Shown in pieces: positions 42,201 to 50,365 of a stretch of DNA of 50,365 nt; position 1 is the stretch's first letter; each line of letters starts with the position of its first letter. The notes under the pieces were generated by a model, which had not been told where the DNA came from, did not search any database, and saw nothing but the letters and a program-made list of their open reading frames with translations. A program made the position numbers and the translations under genes. The DNA is from Trichoplax sp. H2 (taxonomy: Eukaryota): NCBI GenBank assembly GCA_003344405.1, contig NOWV01000010.1:1054001-1104365 (forward strand), written 5' to 3'.

Positions 42201-45200
42201 TACTTACGCTATATTTATAGCAACGTCTGAGTTGTATAACTACAACACAGTGTTTATTAAGGTATAATGGGCGAGCGTTCACTATATACTTTCATAATGA
42301 AATACTGTAAATATTAACAGTTAAAAACAACGAGTACAGTACTATTAGAAGAACCGTTGTGTAGAATGGTAATGGTGTCAACGATAGATACGAAGAAGCA
42401 TAATCTTTACCGCGTTAAGTTTGCATTTGTGTATGAAATTATCAACATCAAGAGCTAAGCAAGTATCAGTAGTCTATTTAATTTTAGGGCTAGTCCTAAA
42501 ACAGCGATCATTATAATATGCTTAGATTTGTTTAAGCCAAAAGTTTTTTACGCGATCTGTCGTGCTATACACTGGATGTACGCGTATACTTGCTTTAGCA
42601 AGGTTAAGCGTCAGGTTTGAACGGCTACATAGCTAAATTACAACAAGAATTCAGTTCATTTTATACTGTACGCCTAAACTAAAAATATCTAGTCTGAACA
42701 CTTTTTACCGTGCGTATTTTATACTGTACAGTACATACGGTAACTAAGTTGTCATAAAATTATTCATGGGCGAAAATCAGTTTACAGTATGAATGAAACA
42801 TTAATACACTGTATAGTAGTTGCATTCTTTTCTAGTAAAGCTCTTTAATTTAAAGATCTCTACAGGGGTTTACAAAACTTTTGTTATTGATCACCGTTTA
42901 CTTTACAGACAATGCAGTCAACGTAAGCCCATATGGAAAAATACGCATTTTTTGCCTGATTTGCTAATAGCTGCTAAAGGACAAGAATTCAAAATTTACA
43001 CAACTCTTATTAACTGGTAATATTTTTCTACCGGATTGTTACGTCTGGAATGCAATCTTATAAGCAGGAAAAAGCCTCAATACAGTACGAAATATTGTGC
43101 AACATTCGGCCAACACCGTAATTGACTAAATCCAAAACATTTTAGATTAGCCAGTGTCGCCACATTGTTTCCTCATAATGTAATTCTATTGTATTACTTC
43201 ATACTATTTCTTAAGAAAACACTTTTTATTATTTTTCTTCTTTAACGTAATAAATTACTCCATCGTATAGAAATTTGACTACAGCGTCAAATTTCTAGCA
43301 ATACATTTCCGACTTTGATACTGTACATAATTTCTTGTGGTTGCAATTGAGATCTCCATAATTATATTATTTATATTATTGAAAGCGTACTAACTGTACG
43401 TAAGATTGGCATGCAAACTTACGCAACGCAACGCAAATGTTGTAAAATTTCAAAATGGGTGGTGGTAAAAATAGAACTTTCTACCGAATTCCCAAGGTGG
43501 GCCTTTTTTACTATTGTTTATTCCATGTGATATGTTGCGCTAATGGAACTGTTACTCTTTAAACTGGTCTTTAACTAATTATTAGATGGCTATGAATTCT
43601 TTGTAAATGTGATCGCTATTTGGACACTATAGGGGCTCTTTCAGATAGGATATAGTATTATGCTGCAAATTAAGCCCTTTTCAACTAGAATCTGAGAAAA
43701 ACAAGAGATTCACTCTTAGATTTAATTACAATTGCGAAAGGTGCCGCTTGTTGCGAAGCTTTACCAGCGCAAAGTCAAAATGGAACAGGTCAAGTAGAAA
43801 GCTATGTAGTATTACGATATTTTTAAGCATCACTAAAGCTCAGAAAAAAAAGCAGAGATATAGTATGTTAAATACTCTCGTCTCTATCCAAACCAACTGA
43901 CGCTGCTAGTTTGAGTGAATTATAAGCAACACGCTAACAATGGCAAATTAGCGATATACATACTGTATGACCGTAAAGAAAACACAGTGCGAATTTCATG
44001 TAAACTATCTTGCCTTCGGACCTCAACCAGAATTATAGTAGTCGACGTTATTTACATAAGAAACATCTAAGCCACTGCACCAAATGAACAATCTGTCTAT
44101 AAAGTAACTCGAGACACATGAAGGCAAAATACGCCAAATGTTGGAACGATTTTTCATTTAATACAGTGCTCGTTGTTAACAGTTATTGACGATTCTGTCC
44201 TGGGTTTCTTAGACGCTATACTGTATAATTTGTGTGATAATGTACAGTAAAGTAAGTAAATTTAAGCTTGATCGTCATGAACATGGTATAGTACAGTAAC
44301 GAGCGGCTTAACCACAATAGCCAGGAACTCTAATTAAAAGTATATTATCGACTAGTTTCTTCACTGAATAGAGGGCTAGTGAGAAGCTTCACATTCATTA
44401 TGCTTTTTCTGTTTTTGGTAACTGCTGTCCTACTGTAACAGTTGGACAAGCATTCACAAAACTCGTAGTAGGTTTTATAATTAAATTAAATATGACACGC
44501 TAGAGTAATCCACGGTATGAGGTTATAGTATGAACTTTTTAAATATTTTTTTACTTGTCGGGAAAGAGTAGCTTACAAAAGTGCTAAAATAGCATATTTA
44601 TGACGTGGTACAATATAACTAGATAGCAGTTGCAACCTGAATGGGCGAGTCCTTCAGAAAAATGCTGTAGTAAAAGATTACAGAACTGAATGCTACAAGC
44701 AATATATCGAGTCGACATAAGCAGGGGTAGCATGTACAGTATGATAGAACTGGTCAATCTATGATTTGTCGTTGGATTTGTGACTATTTCTGTATAAAAG
44801 CAGGAAAAGCTGCTAAGAAAATAATATTTTCAATAGTTTCAGCTGCAGATATCACTCCGTTCTGCGATGTTATCTTTTTATATGAAGTTACGGGGTGGAG
44901 TTGTAACTATGAAGTTGCAGAAAAAAATTTAGACAGGGAAACTTACAAACAAACACCCAGCTATGCAACTAATGCAAGTAAATTGTAGTATATATCTAAA
45001 TGTATCTTAAGAGATGACAATCAATGTTTTTTACACGGAATAGAAATTATCAGTATCCGTTAACGCTAGAATCAGAATTAGTAGTCATGCGTTTGTCCGC
45101 CAGTACGAATTATTTGTGATTCGTAAAGCTGGAGTATACTACAGCAAAAGTTCCGCGTGGTAGTTTCTGATAAAAAAATCCTTTCAAATATATAGAAATT

Positions 45201-46761
45201 CATGCTAAAGTACTTCTTCAAAATAGCGTTGTCACTACTGTACAACGTGAAAAGAACCTTCTATCAAAAAAGAATCGGGTTGGCTATATCATTCTTTTAA
45301 TTAAAAAGAATGGCATATAGCGCCACCTTGCAAGTGTTTTCTTGCAAATTGTGATTTATCTAGAACAGTCGTTGTTATCTTATGAAATAACAAATATTAC
45401 AAAAGCTTATCCTTGTTGTATAGTGGTACATAAGCGATAAAAATCAATTTATATCTCAATAAAGGGTTTAAACTGATTAAGCGGATAGACTTAGTGATAA
45501 TATAGCGAACACAGTAGGAGCAAAGATTACTATTACGTTTAAATATATGGTCGATAAAGTGTTGTAAATTCGATTTGACTTCGGACCGACCGGCTATGTA
45601 CAACAGATTTTACTGCATCACCCAGTCAGCAGGGGTGACAAGGTAGCGCAGCACGTGCGTCTACATCATTACTAGTAATGTCGGAAATTCATCTCATAGC
45701 TAGAATAAAAATTTTCGAATCTTTTTAATAGATAACGCTAAGTAAATCTGAGAAAAAATTGCCCAACTTCAGTTCTGTTAGCGTTGCTTGGATTAACAAT
45801 ATGTCACAAGCGAATAGAATAAAAAGAGGTCTACATGCACGTACATGCAGTGAATCGTCTAAGACAACAGCCAAGCGCATCAAAAAAGGGTGTTATTAAT
45901 ACGTTTAAAGTGTACCGTGCCGTATCGCACGGTACACCCTTCAGAGCAGACTACAGGGTCAATAAAACTCAGAAACAGGTTTACCTTAAAGTTACTTTTT
46001 TAATGTAGGAAAAAGTCCTTAAATTTATCGTCTAAACGCAAAATAATTGTCAGCAATTGATTTTACTGCTAGAAGATACAACTTAGTGCCTATTGTACCA
46101 AAGGGTATCTGGATAAATATCCACATTAAAGAAACAAATTCACCTTTTCCACCGATGTCGGTAGGTGTTAAGATGTAGAGAAAAATGCCGACACCAACGC
46201 GTACTGTACACTTGGAACACTTTGTATAGCTCTGTTCATAGTGAAAACGTTCTTGTCATACTAATAACTGTTAAGTCAAGTGCTGTATCGGACAGAAATA
46301 GCGAGTTCAACAAGGAAAACTTAGTACTATGGGCAATGCTGCAAAATGTGCCAGTAACACTGGCACTATCGCGGTTCAGCGCGTAGCAAATGGTTGCAAA
46401 ATCAATCATGAAATCATGATTCAAGGCGTTGAGTTCCCCCCAAAATTTGCCACCTTTGATTGTATCACAGTGAACCGTCTGCCAGTCACAATCATGACTT
46501 TACACATTATAGTTTGCACTATGCACAACGACCGTATTCAAACTTTGAACCTATTAGTTTCACCCGGTACAGTACCATGCGTGTGTGTAAAAGGGAACTT
46601 CTGATGCAAGAATGCTATCTGGCCCCGGACATCCAAGGAGTAACTTTTTAAAATTTACATTTGTAAAATAAAAAATGAAGTAGTTCAAACGATGTACTTA
46701 CATCCAAATCGCATTTAAATTCGGTGTCGTCTAATAATTTGACTTTGCACGTTGCCCTCAT
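39251..46761 (-). CDS. Protein 4.1/EPB41-like FERM plus FERM-adjacent domain protein, ~450 aa, 18 exons; exon 1 is 46761-46702, then a 4.6-kb intron and exons from 42081 to 39251
   Basis: [154 protein letters not shown] and the FA motif GSKFRYSGRTQ, followed by an acidic tail. Confidence 0.93.
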
Positions 46762-47647
46762 GTTGATGTAGTTAGTTCAAGCCGTGTAACGTATTTTGCA
46801 AAAATGGACAAGACAAAGCGCTATGCCGCACAACCAAACTAAGAACGCTCGGAGATAAACGGCGGGTAAGACTGCTGCTGTCCGCGTCGAGTAACTGTGT
46901 GATCACGTGCCACCGAACGCGGTGGCAATTGTTAATGATTGGCTAAAAAGTTAGCGTCAGTTATGACATAAATCACTGACTGTTAATACAATACATTACT
47001 GCCCTGAGTACAGTACTGTATTATCACCGCTGTGCCATGCTGAACTACAGTGTACTGTATAGTATGTACACAGTGCGATCGTGTGGATGATACAGTACAA
47101 AACATGTTAATACAAAATAGTAGAGTACAATACTGTACGTACAGTACAGTACAGTACAGTACAGTATTCAAATAGAAAAGAACTACAGTACAGTACTGCA
47201 CGGATATACTGTACTGTACACTGTAAAGTACAGTGTACTGTACTGTATAGTATCGTATCGTACACGAATACGGTGTTTGATTACACCGTGACGGTATCAT
47301 GCTCTATCATAGAAAAATCGTAGAAAAGAAGACCAGTAAGGAGTCCTTGATCCTAAAGTACGCATAGAAGGAAGTAATGCGGTTGCATGCTTTTATAACT
47401 CCAATTATGATTAGTGGAATTTAAATATGTACATAAATGTTCAATGCTATCAGACAAGTCAATCATTGTTTATTATTGAGTCATAACCAACAAAGAAAGA
47501 GGTATGTCGTTAACAATACAAAAAATAGTTGGTTAGTGTTAAAAAAGTATTGTACAAACACAGTACAGTACACTACTTTACTGTACTGTACTATATACAT
47601 GCATATGGCTGAATACAGTTACTAGTTACTACAATACACATGAACTG

Positions 47648-47780
47648 TAGGGACAGCCATTTGCAATACAAAATCAAGACCAACAAAATTTGTACATATT
47701 CGCAGCCTTAAACCACGCTTTAACCCTTAAACTACGCTAACCCTAACCCTAAGCAGGTTCTTGAATCAGAACCGTCCCTA
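47648..47780. mobile_element. Possible small non-autonomous element with short inverted ends and internal telomere-like repeats
   Basis: TAGGGACAG...CCGTCCCTA is an 8/9 inverted match. Internal TAACCCTAACCCTAA lies at 47738-47752, with degenerate units just before it. Confidence 0.35.
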
Positions 47781-49401
47781 GACTTGCGTTTCAGCGTATT
47801 TGTACTGTAAAGTACAGTACTGTACGTAGGTCAGTCTACTGTACTGTATCATTTACATTACATACATGTACAGTAACTTATATAACTGACTTAAATTGAT
47901 GAAGTAATGCAATTCATTGATTGATCTTATTTATTGAATAATTTTTTTTTTATTATTACAGTACAGTAATTATTATCCTGTTAATAACTCTCCATGCTCT
48001 CTAGTGAGAATAATGTGTCTGCTCCTTTCATTCCTGAGTTTTTAAAAAGCAGCAGGGGTCAATGACTCACAGTCACCTACAGAAAGTCTCATTTATAAAG
48101 GCTGTCCTATGAAACAAATAGCGGCCACATACTGTTGTACTGTACTGTACTGTACTATAATGTCTCACTGATGAGCCTGAGGCTTGGCTATAATTCAAAT
48201 AATGCTTGATTAACTGAATTTATATTAATTATTATAATCACAATTACCATCATTTACGATTACAACTACCGTACAACCTGTTTAAGTTCACTCGCGCTCT
48301 GAAAGCACAGCACTTTAGTTGTACAGTGTGCTGTACCATGGATTACTAGAAGTCGACCGGTTTACTGTAGTGGCCTACCGTGGTGGTCTTTTGACCACAG
48401 GTCTAGTAGCCCAAAGTACAGTACTGTACTGTACAGTACATAAAGGTAACACCTACAGTACCGTATACTGTACATTGTACAGTATATAGTACTGTAAGTA
48501 AAACTGAATGGACTTTGTCTTTTATGCACTCTTACCCCTATGTACTATGTACAGTGTACACTGTCCACTGTACAGTGTACAGTACACTCATCACTTATGA
48601 ACTGTTGTACAGTACTGTGCAGTACTGTACTGACTCACGGACTCGCATTATTAAATAATAGTATCATATTTTTTGTTAGTCCTTAATTTTTTCATAGTTT
48701 TCATGTTAAACGGTTAACGTACGCAATAATACAGTATTCTGTATCCCTGTCCCAAACTACAGCACATATCTTACAGTACTGTATTGTACTGTACTGTACG
48801 CAATGAAAAAAGAACTTGAGTACTGTACTGTAATGTACAGTATTGTATTGTACAGTACTGTACTGCCCTACAGTACTGTACAGTACAGTACACTGTACTG
48901 TACACTAGTGTACAGTAGTACTGCATTGTGCAGTATGCCAACTGTTGTGTACAGTACAGTATTACTATCCAGAGTTAATACGATACTAACAACTGTATTA
49001 AAAGTTAGTACTACTGTACAGTACTGCACACGGCCTCACAGAAGTGCACAAGTTGCTCTCTAATAATGACGATCCGCCCAGATCTGGAACTTGCTGAGAA
49101 ATGGACTGACTTAGGGACTAAATTAATAAAAGCGAGAGGAATTCACGGTGGCCGTTCACTGGCTAGAAATAACCAGGATCACTCTGTTGCGAAATGGTTG
49201 CAGTGTCAAAAATATTCAAAAAAAGTTGTAGTGCTCGTTTTGTGTCCAATTCGGACTGCTATATCAATTCTAAAGTCCGTAGTCAGTGAGTCAGTGGAGA
49301 ATAACATTCAACATTATATTATCAACAACGCTGAAATGTACTGTACTACAGAGTACAGAGTTTTCGATGTGACTTTTCTCAAGTTGGAGCTCTGGCCTTG
49401 G

Positions 49402-49636
49402 TGCGCATGCGTGTTACATACTACGTAGAAATGGATAGCGTTTGCAGCAGGGTTACAGTGTAGCCTGTTGATGCTCAGCGATTACTGTAGTAGCGAGTCT
49501 AGTAGAGAGACATTTAGTATACAGTAGATTACTGTATCTGCATAGTACTGTACAAACAGTAGCTTTTAAAAGTCGAGTTTTAGCAGTGACTTATCTCTTC
49601 TCAAGTTCTACCGCGGATACCTACTACGCATGCGTT
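49402..49636. promoter_or_regulatory. Two NRF-1-like palindromes upstream of the probable gene at 49988
   Basis: TGCGCATGCGTG at 49402-49413 and TACGCATGCGTT at 49625-49636. Confidence 0.4.
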
Positions 49637-49987
49637 TTATAGATTCCCGTAATAGAGTACAGTACTGTACTGTACAGTATAAACCGAAACTGAACGGTTC
49701 TGAACGTACAGTACAGTACTGTACAGTACTGTACTGTACAGTGTACAGTAGACTACTAAAAGGTTTTCTTTTTAGTAGTCCATGGTACTGTACAGTACTG
49801 TACAGTATACTGTACTGTATAGCAGCGGGTCTACAGTAGTACTGTATACAGTACTGTAGAGATATGCAGTACAGTACTACAGTACTGTACTGTACACAGT
49901 CAAGACAGCAGCTGATCGACATTTTTCACTTATTGTATGAGTAGAGGACATGATAGCCTACTGCTAGCGTCTCTGCTGTGAACAACA

Positions 49988-50032
49988 ATGTCCGACTTGG
50001 TTCAATTGAAACAAATTTTAGAAAATGTCGTG
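49988..50032 (+). CDS. Probable first coding exon of a gene continuing beyond the window (product not identifiable; weakly importin-beta-like N-terminus)
   Basis: AACAACAATG start context, MSDLVQLKQILENVV, then the donor GTG|GTTAGT. It lies directly downstream of a pentamer-array field, as other gene starts in this window do. Confidence 0.4.
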
Positions 50033-50365
50033 GTTAGTAGGCTGATGTACAATGTATAGAGTTATACGTGTTGAAATTATAATGCTTTGCTATAATAAGA
50101 AAAGGAAACTTTAGGCGGTATTGCCAGCGAATTGATAGTAGTGTAATGGATTAGATTTGATGATAGCCATGGTTGGAATACATTCTAGTCGTCATAGAAG
50201 AGTGTTTTACCTTGTAAATTAATTTTATTTATGAATTGGTTGGTATCTTTTTGCCGTTTTAAACACTTCTGCACCATTTTAATCTATAAACAGTATAGAA
50301 GGGATTTCTTCATGTCGTAATGACTACAGTGATATTGGTATTAGTTTTTCGATAGCAAGAGTAGA

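Larger units (their letters stand above)
46985..49900. repeat. Largest field of (TACAG/TACTG)n pentamer arrays, between the FERM gene start and the probable divergent gene at 49988
   Basis: Patches at about 47000-47260, 47550-47595, 47800-47875, 48130-48160, 48415-48615, 48770-49030 and 49655-49900. Confidence 0.92.

Noticed and set aside
42208-42239. 32-nt AG/GT-bounded candidate FERM exon
   Set aside because: It would break the frame between phase-0 exon 1 (46761-46702) and exon 2, which already join into a complete FERM N-terminus.
48168-48200. CTGATGAG followed by a GCC-TGA-GGC stem, resembling a hammerhead ribozyme core
   Set aside because: The required GAAA after stem II is absent (TTGG follows), and I found no stems I or III.
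46983-49922. ORFs rich in YCTVQ/YSTVL (also at 5661-7012 and 36687-37890)
   Set aside because: These are translations of the stop-poor TACWG pentamer arrays, open on both strands and with no protein-like content.

Overview
AT-rich, intron-dense animal nuclear DNA. The compact genes, short GT-AG introns and abundant CAGTA/TACTG pentamers suggest a placozoan such as Trichoplax (inference, not verified). The supplied ORF track is mostly uninformative, so I spliced genes by hand. Genes found: the 3' end of a RIO1 kinase (+), PCMTD1-like (-), PEX3 (+), a two-exon secreted protein with a stand-alone anaphylatoxin-like Cys scaffold (-), a plant-NCL-type Ca2+/cation exchanger lacking EF-hands (+), COX5B (-), a protein 4.1-like FERM-FA gene (-), and a probable first exon at the right edge (+). 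Also present are a possible decayed LRR-GPCR, several tandem duplications and a 20-N gap with a duplicated flank. The most striking non-coding signal is dense, orientation-mixed (TACWG)n arrays restricted to the upstream regions of PCMTD1/PEX3, COX5B and the FERM gene. They have the form of iterated Tc1/mariner excision footprints (TA-CWG-TA), and tiny TA-flanked inverted-repeat elements occur in or near them.
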